64,000 nt of DNA, from contig JBAXGW010000006.1 in assembly GCA_037139195.1 (NCBI GenBank), positions 9,232 through 73,231 of the forward strand, given 5' to 3'. This DNA is from Bacteroidota bacterium (lineage in GTDB: Bacteria > Bacteroidota > Bacteroidia > Bacteroidales > JAHJDW01). Positions 22,231-31,127 of this stretch are shown one piece after another. The position numbers and the translations under genes are program-made. Numbering within the stretch: the first letter of the stretch is position 1; each line of letters begins with the position of its first letter. The notes under the pieces are model-generated. The model saw only the letters and a list, made by a program, of their open reading frames with translations. It had not been told where the DNA came from and did not search any database.

Positions 22231-24672
22231 ATGAAAAAAACATTTTTAGTTGTTGCCATTTTGATTTTAGGATTTTCATCAATATATGCTAGTCCTATTA
22301 ATATTAAAGGTGTTGTAAAAGATTCAACAAGTAAAGAATTCCTTCCTTACTGCGAAGTTTTATTAAAAAATCAAAAAGATTCTTTAATTACTGGTTGTAT
22401 AACTAATGAAAAAGGCGAATTCTCTCTGAATACGTCGGTTAAAGACTCTATTTATATTCAAACTCGTTTGTTTGGATACTCCTCGAAAAAAATTAATATA
22501 TCAATTATTGATACTACCGTAATTTATACGATAGCAGATATATTAATGAATACTGTTTCTAAAGAATTAGAAGGTATAGAAATATCGGCACTTCGTCCGT
22601 TTGTAGAAAAGAAATTCGACAGAGATGTTTTCAATATGAGCGAAGGTGCAGTTGCATCTGCTAGAAATATTTTTGATTTGCTTAAAAAAATTCCTGGAAT
22701 TGTAGTAGATGAAGAAAATAGCATAGTTAAATTCAAAGGAAATACCGCCACCGTTCGCATAAACAATACACCGGCCGAGAGGATGTATCCAAAGTTAGAA
22801 ATGATTCCAATAGCTGATGTTGATAAGATTGAAGTAATTGATCCAACAATGCGAGGGAAGGGAAATGGCTCAGCTGGAGCTATCGTAAATATTAAAATGA
22901 AAAAAGTAGTTTTAGAAGGTTTAAGCGGATCTTTTGGTAGTAATATTACAGTTGGTGATTCTGCTTTAATTCAAAATGGGCATGTTTATTCAAATGTCAA
23001 TTATAAAGTTAAGAAATTTCTCATTTATAATAATCTTGGAACATGGGGAAACAACTGGGTCTCAAATTCAAAATCTTGGGGCACGCGAAGCGATGAAAAT
23101 GGAAGTTTTATTGATTCTTCAACATCAAAATTTAATGGCAAATGGGCAGGTTTATGGGAATATGCAGGAATGCAATACACAATTAATGAAAAATCAAAAA
23201 TAGACTTTCAAATTGGGACAAATACAAATTATATAAATAAAAACAGCTCATTTAGTTCTTCTAACATAATAAATGCGAATACTAACACAATTGTTGATAG
23301 CTATACTGATAATAGCAATACCGAGGGAACTAAAGGAAACAAAAGCTTGAGTTTAGGCTTAACCTATACGGCAGAAATTGATACGCTGGGGAAAGAATTA
23401 ACAATAGATTTTTGGGGGAGTACTTATAATAGTAGTTCTCTCAGTAAAAGTGCAATAGATTATTTGTATTCACCAGATATCATTGAATCTCAAAATAGAA
23501 AATATGCTTCAGACTATATGTGGTTTAGCGTTTTTTATAATAATCCAATATCAGATAAAACACAATGGAATATTGAGTATTCATGCAATAATTCATTCGA
23601 TAATAGTTCCTCTAATTTTATTAGAAATGATATTTACGAATATGGGTTTTTCAAAAATAACAAAACAAAAGATTATGAGAACTCCTTGTCAGCACATTTT
23701 GGTACAACACTAAAAAAAATAAAAATTGACGCAGGTGTGTCATTGCAAAATAAAATATCTAAAGGCGACAGAACTATTTATTATTCAAGCATATCTGATA
23801 CTTTAGTATCCACTAATAAAATGTTTAATAAATTATTGCCAGTTGCCACTATCAAATATAATATAAGTGATAAAAAAGAATTAAAATTATCGTATGATTG
23901 TAATTCACAAATGCCTTATAGCGTTGATATGTTTGAAACATTTCTTGATTCTTCAAACCAAAGAAACTGGTCAACTGGAAACCCTGATTTAAAACCTGCT
24001 TTAAATCAGTCCGTCTATTTTGGATACACATTTACAGATGAAAAGTGGAATACATCGCTTCAGGCATTTGTAAAATCAACAAATAATAATTATACTAACG
24101 TAGATATTCCAATAGATTCAGTAACTACATTAAGTAAACCGATGAATTTAGAGAAAAATCAGTCGCTTGGATTGTTCTATTCTTTCTATAAAACATTTGG
24201 CAAGGCATTTACTTTTAGTTTTAATACCAATTGGTTCTATAGCAAAGTTGATATTACTAAAGTTAAGCCATATTTAATTGCAAGTGGTGTTCCTGCTGAA
24301 AATTTAATTAGAAATAGCTGGAATTGCGATTTGTCTAGTGATATTGAGTATCGTAAAGGAAAAAACTTTGCATCGGCAAATATATATTATAACAGCAAAC
24401 AAATTTCGACCATGGGATATGAAATGCCGAAGTTTAATATGGATTTATCATACAGTAGAACCTTTTTTAAAAATAATTTGCGTTTATCACTGAGTTTTAA
24501 TAATCTATTGTATGGATTGTACAAAGAAGGTTCTGTAAATAATGTGATGGGAAGAGATATGCACTCCGAATCATTCAATAACCGAAATAGACGCTCTGTA
24601 GGATTTTCTATACGATATAATTTCCGCGATGGCGACAGAAATACTTCGTCTAAAGGAAAAGGAGGGAAGTAA
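22231..24672 (+). CDS. TonB-dependent-receptor-like outer membrane beta-barrel protein
   Basis: Signal peptide, carboxypeptidase-regulatory-like N-terminus (IKGVVKDS..G.ITNEKGEF), plug (DLLKKIPGI..KIEVI), GNPDLKP, and terminal SIRYNF. Confidence 0.8.
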   Translation: MKKTFLVVAILILGFSSIYASPINIKGVVKDSTSKEFLPYCEVLLKNQKDSLITGCITNEKGEFSLNTSVKDSIYIQTRLFGYSSKKINISIIDTTVIYTIADILMNTVSKELEGIEISALRPFVEKKFDRDVFNMSEGAVASARNIFDLLKKIPGIVVDEENSIVKFKGNTATVRINNTPAERMYPKLEMIPIADVDKIEVIDPTMRGKGNGSAGAIVNIKMKKVVLEGLSGSFGSNITVGDSALIQNGHVYSNVNYKVKKFLIYNNLGTWGNNWVSNSKSWGTRSDENGSFIDSSTSKFNGKWAGLWEYAGMQYTINEKSKIDFQIGTNTNYINKNSSFSSSNIINANTNTIVDSYTDNSNTEGTKGNKSLSLGLTYTAEIDTLGKELTIDFWGSTYNSSSLSKSAIDYLYSPDIIESQNRKYASDYMWFSVFYNNPISDKTQWNIEYSCNNSFDNSSSNFIRNDIYEYGFFKNNKTKDYENSLSAHFGTTLKKIKIDAGVSLQNKISKGDRTIYYSSISDTLVSTNKMFNKLLPVATIKYNISDKKELKLSYDCNSQMPYSVDMFETFLDSSNQRNWSTGNPDLKPALNQSVYFGYTFTDEKWNTSLQAFVKSTNNNYTNVDIPIDSVTTLSKPMNLEKNQSLGLFYSFYKTFGKAFTFSFNTNWFYSKVDITKVKPYLIASGVPAENLIRNSWNCDLSSDIEYRKGKNFASANIYYNSKQISTMGYEMPKFNMDLSYSRTFFKNNLRLSLSFNNLLYGLYKEGSVNNVMGRDMHSESFNNRNRRSVGFSIRYNFRDGDRNTSSKGKGGK

Positions 24673-24693
24673 GTTTTTCAGGAGGAAAGGTGT

Positions 24694-25596
24694 TTATTTA
24701 TAAAACTTCAATGTGTTTTTAAGTTCTTCTTTTATTTCCAATATAAGTGCTGTGGGTTCTACTACTTGCATACTAGTTCCATAACTAAGTAATTCTTTTA
24801 TAAAATCAAAAGTGATACAAATTTTTAATTTTATTCTGAGTTCTTTTTCATTGTCAATTAGTATTTCCTGACTTTCATGTAGTGGCATTGTCTTTATATA
24901 TTTTCCTTGGTATGGCTGAAATGAAAGAACTATATCCAGTGGTTTTTCATCATTTGGACTTATAATTCCAAAGCAGTTTTTAAAATGATTTTCTACGCTA
25001 AAGCCTTCAGGATAAATAAAATGTTCACGAGTTGCGTGGAATTCGCTGAATCTTCGGTCTAATGCAAATGTTTTTATTGCATTGTCTTTTGTGTCTTGTA
25101 CCACAACATACCAGCGATTTCTAAATTCTTTTAGTGCAAGTGGATTTGCCTTGCGCTGTTCGGGTTTGCTGCCCCAAAATTTGTGATAAACAAAATCGAT
25201 TTGAAAATTATTTTGAATAGCATGGATTATTCCATTTAAATTGTTGGTTGCTTGCGGACTGCGTTTTTCGAAATGCAAATATTTTGAAATTCCATCGGTG
25301 ATATTTAGCGCATTAAAAATTTCAAATGATTCTAACATTCTGCTTTTCACTTCATCGTGTAATTCTTCAACAATTTTGTACACTTGCTGTGATGAATCAT
25401 AATCGATAACTATATGATAATGTGTTGCAATTTCTAGCTTGTCGCGCTGAAATGTTCGCAACGAAATACGCAAATTTCTTTCTTGCAATTCTGATTCACG
25501 ATCAAGGAAATCGCATATTTCTCCAAAAGTTGATGGTTTTCGTCTTAATTTATTGATAATTAAGTTTTGACGGATGTTTGATTCTAGCTTTGACAT
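24694..25596 (-). CDS. WYL-domain transcriptional regulator (HTH-WYL-WCX)
   Basis: N-terminal HTH (ISLRTFQRD), WYL core (PLALKEFRNRWYVV..IKTFALDR), WCX-like C-terminus (LLSYGTSMQVVEP). Confidence 0.92.
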   Translation of the reverse strand: MSKLESNIRQNLIINKLRRKPSTFGEICDFLDRESELQERNLRISLRTFQRDKLEIATHYHIVIDYDSSQQVYKIVEELHDEVKSRMLESFEIFNALNITDGISKYLHFEKRSPQATNNLNGIIHAIQNNFQIDFVYHKFWGSKPEQRKANPLALKEFRNRWYVVVQDTKDNAIKTFALDRRFSEFHATREHFIYPEGFSVENHFKNCFGIISPNDEKPLDIVLSFQPYQGKYIKTMPLHESQEILIDNEKELRIKLKICITFDFIKELLSYGTSMQVVEPTALILEIKEELKNTLKFYK

Positions 25597-25617
25597 AATT
25601 ATTTGTATTTGCTAAAG

Positions 25618-25652
25618 CAAAGATAGATATTATTAACGCCAATATATGACGT
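25618..25652 (-). promoter_or_regulatory. Putative WYL box plus -7 element (copy 1, WYL gene)
   Basis: Minus strand: ACGTCA TATAT TGGCGT -N10- TATCTTTG. Confidence 0.7.
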
Positions 25653-25696
25653 TGATAAAATGTTTTATTCAAATATTTATTTTTCAAAATATATCG

Positions 25697-25704
25697 TATA
25701 TTTG
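25697..25704 (+). promoter_or_regulatory. -7 element of the MNT-HEPN operon
   Basis: TATATTTG 25 bp upstream of ATG 25730. Confidence 0.55.
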
Positions 25705-25729
25705 GGATAATTATTAATGTAAAGTTTTA

Positions 25730-26053
25730 ATGTCAAAACCTATGATAACCAAGGAGATAATTAAAAGCTTGTTGCTAAAGGAATTTCCTAAATTGGAAGC
25801 TGATTTTAAAGTTAAAAGAATCGGGTTATTTGGTTCGTATTCAACAAATCAGGCTAATGAAGAAAGTGACATTGATTTGATAATTGAATTTAACGAACCA
25901 ATAGGACTTAAATTCATTAACCTTTGTGATTATTTAGAGCAATTATTCGATAAAAAAGTAGATGTATTAACTCCAGAGGGTTTAAAAAGTATTCGAGTTA
26001 AGTCGGTGATTGATAATATTATAAATACAGTTGAGTATGTTGAAGCAGCGTGA
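25730..26053 (+). CDS. Minimal nucleotidyltransferase antitoxin (MntA-like)
   Basis: GS-x10-DxD motif (FGSYSTNQANEESDID) and KKVDV. Confidence 0.9.
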   Translation: MSKPMITKEIIKSLLLKEFPKLEADFKVKRIGLFGSYSTNQANEESDIDLIIEFNEPIGLKFINLCDYLEQLFDKKVDVLTPEGLKSIRVKSVIDNIINTVEYVEAA

Positions 26054-26366
26054 TGATATAAGGATACTCGATATTGAAGAATGTATACGAAGAATTGAAT
26101 TATTTGTTCTTGACCTGGATTATGATAACTTTATGTATGACATTAAAACCCAAGATGCTGTTGTTCGGAATTTAGAAATTATAGGCGAGGCTGTAAAAAG
26201 TTTAACACCCGAATTTACTGAAAAACATAAACACATTTCTTGGTCAGAAATTGGAAGACTAAGAGATAAATTAATTCATCATTATTCGGGTATAAACTAT
26301 GATATCGTTTGGGCTATAATTCAAAAAGACATACCCCAATTAAAGAGTGATATTTCTTTGATTTGA
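26037..26366 (+). CDS. HEPN/DUF86 RNase toxin (HepT-like)
   Basis: DAVVRNLEIIGEA and Rx4HxY (RDKLIHHY). ATG 26037 overlaps the MNT gene. Confidence 0.9.
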   Translation: MLKQRDDIRILDIEECIRRIELFVLDLDYDNFMYDIKTQDAVVRNLEIIGEAVKSLTPEFTEKHKHISWSEIGRLRDKLIHHYSGINYDIVWAIIQKDIPQLKSDISLI

Positions 26367-26374
26367 TGTTTAAA

Positions 26375-26851
26375 TTATTTCTGTTTTTCTAAATGCATCA
26401 AATAAAGTTTAGCACATGCCATTGCATCGCTTAAAGCATCGTGATGATTTAATTGAATTTTATGTTTTCGGCATAATGTTGCCAAATCCGCTCCAAATAT
26501 TTTATAAGTACAAGCTTGCACATATTCAGGATGTTCCAATCTGTAAAAATCTATAGTTTGCTTCAAGCAATTAAAATCAAAAGCTCCATTGTGTGCAACA
26601 ACTGTTCTGCCTTGAATTAAGTGTTTTATTTCTTCCCAAACCTTTGGAAATGTAGGCGAATTATATGTATGGCTTGAATCAATACCATGAATTTCGGTAT
26701 TTTTATAAAAGTAGAAATTATTGGGTGGACAAACTAATTTGTTTACTGTTTCAACTATAACGCCATTTTCTACTCGTACAATACCAACCTGACAAATACT
26801 CCAACGTTTGCCTTGTACCGTTTCAAAATCTAGTGCTGTGAATGTGTTCAT
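26375..26851 (-). CDS. DEDDh 3'-5' exonuclease (DnaQ-like)
   Basis: ALDFET, AHNGAFD and HHDALSDA Exo I/II/III motifs. Confidence 0.9.
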   Translation of the reverse strand: MNTFTALDFETVQGKRWSICQVGIVRVENGVIVETVNKLVCPPNNFYFYKNTEIHGIDSSHTYNSPTFPKVWEEIKHLIQGRTVVAHNGAFDFNCLKQTIDFYRLEHPEYVQACTYKIFGADLATLCRKHKIQLNHHDALSDAMACAKLYLMHLEKQK

Positions 26852-26883
26852 GGGTAAAGTTTAGTTCTGTAAAAGTAAAGAAT

Positions 26884-27384
26884 TTATGATTTAAACTCCA
26901 CTATTCTTTGAAAATCAATTTTAAAATCCCACCAAATTTCATCTATGTCAATAATCTGTTGCCATGTTAAATCGGTGTGTTCGCATAAACAATGCATAGT
27001 GTAAGTCATTTTAATGTATTTTAACTCAGGATGATTATGCAATAAATTCCAATCATCATAAGGAATGTCGGTCTTATCATCAAAATATTCTTCCACACCC
27101 AGCATTTCAAAAGAACAAATAGAATCGCCTTCTTCAACGTTCGTGTCTATGCTTGAAAAACACGAAATAATTACTTCGTACATCAAATCATCATGACTAT
27201 CAATAAAATCTTTATTTCGTTCTTTAAATGCTTCCCAAAAGCTTACTATTTCGGCATCTTTTTCAATAAATAGTTTGCTTATTTTCTCAATTTTAGCAAC
27301 AGCTTCAGGCGTAAATACAAACGATTTATCGGTTTTATATTTAGCAATTCTCTTATCAAAATATTTTTGTTGTCTTTCATTCAT
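26884..27384 (-). CDS. Hypothetical acidic protein
   Basis: 166-aa ORF co-oriented with its neighbours; no recognised motif. Confidence 0.65.
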   Translation of the reverse strand: MNERQQKYFDKRIAKYKTDKSFVFTPEAVAKIEKISKLFIEKDAEIVSFWEAFKERNKDFIDSHDDLMYEVIISCFSSIDTNVEEGDSICSFEMLGVEEYFDDKTDIPYDDWNLLHNHPELKYIKMTYTMHCLCEHTDLTWQQIIDIDEIWWDFKIDFQRIVEFKS

Positions 27385-27398
27385 AATATGAAATTTGA

Positions 27399-27425
27399 AT
27401 AGGCAGAAATTGAATCTCTGCCTAT
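27399..27425 (-). terminator. Hairpin downstream of the small Zn-finger gene
   Basis: 9-bp stem ATAGGCAGA-N9-TCTGCCTAT with a weak U-tract, so termination may be partial. Confidence 0.55.
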
Positions 27426-27431
27426 GTTAAT

Positions 27432-27683
27432 TTAAAGTGCTGGTGAATGTTTTCCTTTTCCTGCTCCATCTGGGTGACGAGGACAAGAGCCTGCTGTAAG
27501 TAAACTTATAGATGTAGATTGTTGCCCACAATATTTACAGCTGTATTTGTCTTTTTCGCTTCCTTCGTAAAGTTTGTGTTTACCTTTACCAGCGCCATTT
27601 GGATGACGAGGACAACTGCCAGCAGTTAGCAATGAAACACTTGATGATTTTTGTCCGCAATACTCACAATAATAATTTGCCAT
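27432..27683 (-). CDS. Small tandem Cys/His (Zn-finger-like) protein
   Basis: Two near-identical units Y.C.YCGQ.S.S.SLLTAGSCPRHP.GAGKGKH. Confidence 0.8.
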   Translation of the reverse strand: MANYYCEYCGQKSSSVSLLTAGSCPRHPNGAGKGKHKLYEGSEKDKYSCKYCGQQSTSISLLTAGSCPRHPDGAGKGKHSPAL

Positions 27684-27723
27684 AATTTGAATTGTTTTTT
27701 AATGATAAATAATTTTAACAATG

Positions 27724-27758
27724 CAAATCTATGAACCTGATACGCCAAAGAATGACGT
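27724..27758 (-). promoter_or_regulatory. Putative WYL box plus -7 element (copy 2)
   Basis: Minus strand: ACGTCA TTCTT TGGCGT -N10- TAGATTTG. Confidence 0.7.
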
Positions 27759-27765
27759 TTGAATT

Positions 27766-28137
27766 TTAATTTCTACTTTTAATAAAAGATTTTAATAATC
27801 CTTTGATATTTTCTGCCCCAATTGGATTTGCCGAATGAACTGCAAATTCAGGTAGTACTTTATTATTATCCAAGCAATATTCTACTAGCCATTTAGCACA
27901 ATCATACCCTGTTTTTTCTGATGTGCAATCTGTTGAATCGTAATCTCCCAAATCGTGGTCGAAGGAAATTAAATCTGGCAAGCCATTTTGAGTAATCCAA
28001 ATTGTGAAATCATTGTATGAACGGACTATATGCCAGTGTTCTTGATAATTTACAATGCTTATTTTAAGCAAACAACTACAAGTGTGGTTAAATACATCAA
28101 TTGGATTGCGAATATCATCAAGGAATAGTCGATTCAT
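27766..28137 (-). CDS. Cyclic-phosphate-processing receiver domain protein
   Basis: LFLDDIR.P, ISFDHDLG, TGYDCAKWL and VHSANPIG motifs. Confidence 0.8.
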   Translation of the reverse strand: MNRLFLDDIRNPIDVFNHTCSCLLKISIVNYQEHWHIVRSYNDFTIWITQNGLPDLISFDHDLGDYDSTDCTSEKTGYDCAKWLVEYCLDNNKVLPEFAVHSANPIGAENIKGLLKSFIKSRN

Positions 28138-28142
28138 AATGT

Positions 28143-29027
28143 TTAGTTAAGTAATATTTCAGAAATTCTCCTGTTTTCACGTTCATTAATAAAATGATAT
28201 GCAAATCTAAAAACTTCAGTATAGCAATTATACGCATTTATTTTGGGAATAATCACATCTTCAAAACCTTCTTCATTTCGTAAAAGTCCAACAGGATTAT
28301 TTAAAGCATTAATTTGGAATTCATTAAGTGTTAAATCTAATTTATCGCTTTCGCTACTTAATAGATTAACTCCAAACTTTTTTATGGATTGAAACAAGGT
28401 TTTGCGTTCATCTGTATTTGGTTTTAGCATAAGATTATCAATGCATTTTTTATAGGAAACCTGTTCATTTTCCATTTTATTAATAAATTCAAGTTGTTTG
28501 AAAATAGTTTCTTCAACTAAATCCATTCTTTCAGTTAATAATCTGGAATTTAATTCAATTGTATTATTGAAATGTTTTGTTATAATCTTGAAATCATTGT
28601 TGCCAACGCCAGCCATCAATCCATTTGAACAAACTTGTCGGAATAATCCAATATTCATTAATAAGGGCGAAGCTCCATTTGAACTACTAGATAGAACTAG
28701 CATTTTTTGATAAACAGAATTGTTAATTTCGAATTTGTCGGCAAAAAGCTTTAATTCTTGAACTCCACTCTGAATGCGAAGACTGAAATCAATTGGATTG
28801 ATATGATTTTCCACTTTTGGTAATATTTCTCTAACAATATTACCAAAGTCGAAAACGCCATATTTGTGAGAACATCTGGCTTGTGAAATTAATTCATCAG
28901 CATAAAAAGTATTTACTTTTCCGTCCCTTTTAAAAATTTCAAGCGGTTTTACTAATGTGTCAATTTCTGTTTGATTATAATTTTCTTTTTGTAAACAAAT
29001 TCCAATATGTTTCCTTTTAGTTTTCAT
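28143..29027 (-). CDS. DUF932-family protein
   Basis: SSNG...IGLFRQVCSNGL (G..R.VC.NG) followed by the conserved KH. Confidence 0.7.
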   Translation of the reverse strand: MKTKRKHIGICLQKENYNQTEIDTLVKPLEIFKRDGKVNTFYADELISQARCSHKYGVFDFGNIVREILPKVENHINPIDFSLRIQSGVQELKLFADKFEINNSVYQKMLVLSSSSNGASPLLMNIGLFRQVCSNGLMAGVGNNDFKIITKHFNNTIELNSRLLTERMDLVEETIFKQLEFINKMENEQVSYKKCIDNLMLKPNTDERKTLFQSIKKFGVNLLSSESDKLDLTLNEFQINALNNPVGLLRNEEGFEDVIIPKINAYNCYTEVFRFAYHFINERENRRISEILLN

Positions 29028-29051
29028 AGTTTTATGTTTTATATCTTTCTA

Positions 29052-29086
29052 CAAAGGAAATGGAGAGGATAGTCAAAATATGTCGT
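29052..29086 (-). promoter_or_regulatory. Putative WYL box plus degenerate -7 element (copy 3)
   Basis: Minus strand: ACGACA TATTT TGACTA -N10- TTCCTTTG. Confidence 0.55.
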
Positions 29087-29089
29087 TTG

Positions 29090-29120
29090 AAAAAAAAATC
29101 CGATTGAGGTGAATCAATCG
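29090..29120 (-). terminator. Intrinsic terminator of the Mrr-like gene
   Basis: CGATTGA-N6-TCAATCG stem followed on the minus strand by GA and a long T run. Confidence 0.7.
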
Positions 29121-29167
29121 CTTTTTATAAGTTTCACTATTTGTATAAAATAAATAGATTTTGGCAT

Positions 29168-30142
29168 CTATTTCATTCCAATAAAACATTTTCCTATCTC
29201 TTTAAACAATTGTTTTAATTCATTTGCAAAAATAAATTTAACATTTTCGTCATGTTCAAGAAGTCTAATATTGTCATCTTTTTTCGCTTTTGTAATTATA
29301 ACTATTTTTTCTATTAGCCTAAGATTTTCGCTTTCCCAATAGTTATCGGCTTTGTTTATTTGAGTAATTACTTCTTGATTTACAAAACCTTCATAGTCTT
29401 TAACTTGAATGGCTATAGCATAGCTATAATTACTCAATATACTAGGTAGTTTAATCAAAATATCTGTTCCATGATTTTTTTCCTCTTTTCCACCAACTCT
29501 TTCAATTTGATAAAAGGGGAACATTTGTTTTAGTCCATAAACAAGAGCAAACTCCCATTCTTCTCGAGTAAACTGTTCCGTTAATTTATTGTAGAGTTTA
29601 TTTGCAAATTCTGCTTCATCAAAAACCTCATTAAATACGGTTCCAATAGAACTTTCTAACCTGCTGTTATAATCTTGTCTTTTTGACAGTTCTGATACTT
29701 GAGATTTAAGTATTTTTTCTACATCATCTGCATAATGGTTTATATTCCAAAATCTAGAAGGGTTTTTCAGTGTGGAACGCAAGTTTCCGGTGACATTTTC
29801 ATTATTACGCGTAAACTTTTTCAAGTATTTAGCTGGGAAAATATGCCCATAATCACCCAGTGAAGGCTCAATTTCAAAAAGATAGCCTTTGTTCCAATCA
29901 TCAGTTGCTTCAACCATTGCAACTTCTCCCCAACTCGGAAGCTGTGGAATTAATAAAATATCACCTTTTTTAACTTTGTTGAACATCGGTCTATTTCGCC
30001 CAGCTCCTTCATCTAGCTTAAAATCTCTTAAATCTTGAGCTTTATCCCAACCCCAACCTTGTCTTAACCGACCTTCAATTAATTCTGTAGTAAAAAAATT
30101 AATTTGACTTGTATCAACTCTAAAACACCAATAATTTTTCAT
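29168..30142 (-). CDS. Mrr-like PD-(D/E)XK restriction endonuclease with a putative N-terminal PUA/EVE-like domain
   Basis: C-terminal E...GG....HGTDILI...IAIQVK (D..QxK) motif; N-terminal LRQGWGW...KGDILLIP. Confidence 0.65.
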   Translation of the reverse strand: MKNYWCFRVDTSQINFFTTELIEGRLRQGWGWDKAQDLRDFKLDEGAGRNRPMFNKVKKGDILLIPQLPSWGEVAMVEATDDWNKGYLFEIEPSLGDYGHIFPAKYLKKFTRNNENVTGNLRSTLKNPSRFWNINHYADDVEKILKSQVSELSKRQDYNSRLESSIGTVFNEVFDEAEFANKLYNKLTEQFTREEWEFALVYGLKQMFPFYQIERVGGKEEKNHGTDILIKLPSILSNYSYAIAIQVKDYEGFVNQEVITQINKADNYWESENLRLIEKIVIITKAKKDDNIRLLEHDENVKFIFANELKQLFKEIGKCFIGMK

Positions 30143-30311
30143 GTTTTAATTTATTTTTTTATTTGAATTTAAAATAGAATACTCCATGTTAAAAATAATC
30201 AACCGAAAGAATTAGACCAGGTTTTCTACTAGTATTTACTTTAAACATGGTTATTCCAAGCTTGACTTTATTATCCTTTAATGTTGATGAAATTACTACT
30301 CTGAAAAGCCC

Positions 30312-30319
30312 CAAACGTA
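30312..30319 (-). promoter_or_regulatory. -7 element upstream of the Mrr-like gene
   Basis: Minus strand TACGTTTG, which implies a ~160-nt leader. Confidence 0.4.
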
Positions 30320-30354
30320 TCGTAGTAATATATAAATAATGCTATTGATTGTCT

Positions 30355-31050
30355 TTATAATTCATTATTTTTAGAATATAGAATTTTTATTTCTTCTAAA
30401 TTTAGAGCTTTTACATTAAAATGAGGATTTGAACATTTGGAACTCAACTCCCATTTCTTGTTTTCTGAAAAATTAAACCACCAATTAAGTATTTTTAAAT
30501 CTTCTTTACTGAATAAGTTTAATTCAAATAAGGTTTTAATATCATCAAATGTATAATTATAATGATGTACTCCCTTTAAATTTTCATAGAATATTTTTTC
30601 ATGGGTTCTCCATGGTAACAACTTCCACCAATTCAAGTAAATTTCATATTCGGCAAGTAAAATAATATTATTAAGAAATTGATCAAAAATAAACTCTCGG
30701 TAGACTAAACTAATAATATTTTCAGGAACTGGTTCGTTGTTTTTTAATAAATAAGGGCTGTAATTTCCTGTTAAATTTCGTCTTTCAGTCTTAGTTAAAA
30801 GCTCCCACCATATAATGGGCTCATATAACTTATCATTAATATCTAAAATCGGCAAATTATAATAGAAAAACTTTATTTCATCAAAACTAATATTTCTATA
30901 ATTACCCCAAGCTGTATATGTTTCATCTTCAGGACGTGTAAGGAACAATTTCTCGCCACTATATAATTCCACATCCCGACCACCCGAAATTATAAAATAT
31001 ATCGTATAGTAGTCTGAAGACTTATTAGTTATTTTTGCATTTAATCTCAT
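30355..31050 (-). CDS. Hypothetical protein with internal WW..L repeats
   Basis: 231-aa ORF containing IIWWELL, LNWWKLL and LNWWFNF units. Confidence 0.6.
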   Translation of the reverse strand: MRLNAKITNKSSDYYTIYFIISGGRDVELYSGEKLFLTRPEDETYTAWGNYRNISFDEIKFFYYNLPILDINDKLYEPIIWWELLTKTERRNLTGNYSPYLLKNNEPVPENIISLVYREFIFDQFLNNIILLAEYEIYLNWWKLLPWRTHEKIFYENLKGVHHYNYTFDDIKTLFELNLFSKEDLKILNWWFNFSENKKWELSSKCSNPHFNVKALNLEEIKILYSKNNEL

Positions 31051-31127
31051 ACATTAATTTTTTTCAAATATACTCAATTATTTCTAATTCAATCTTTTCC
31101 ATTCTACATGATACAATAAGTTCAAAC

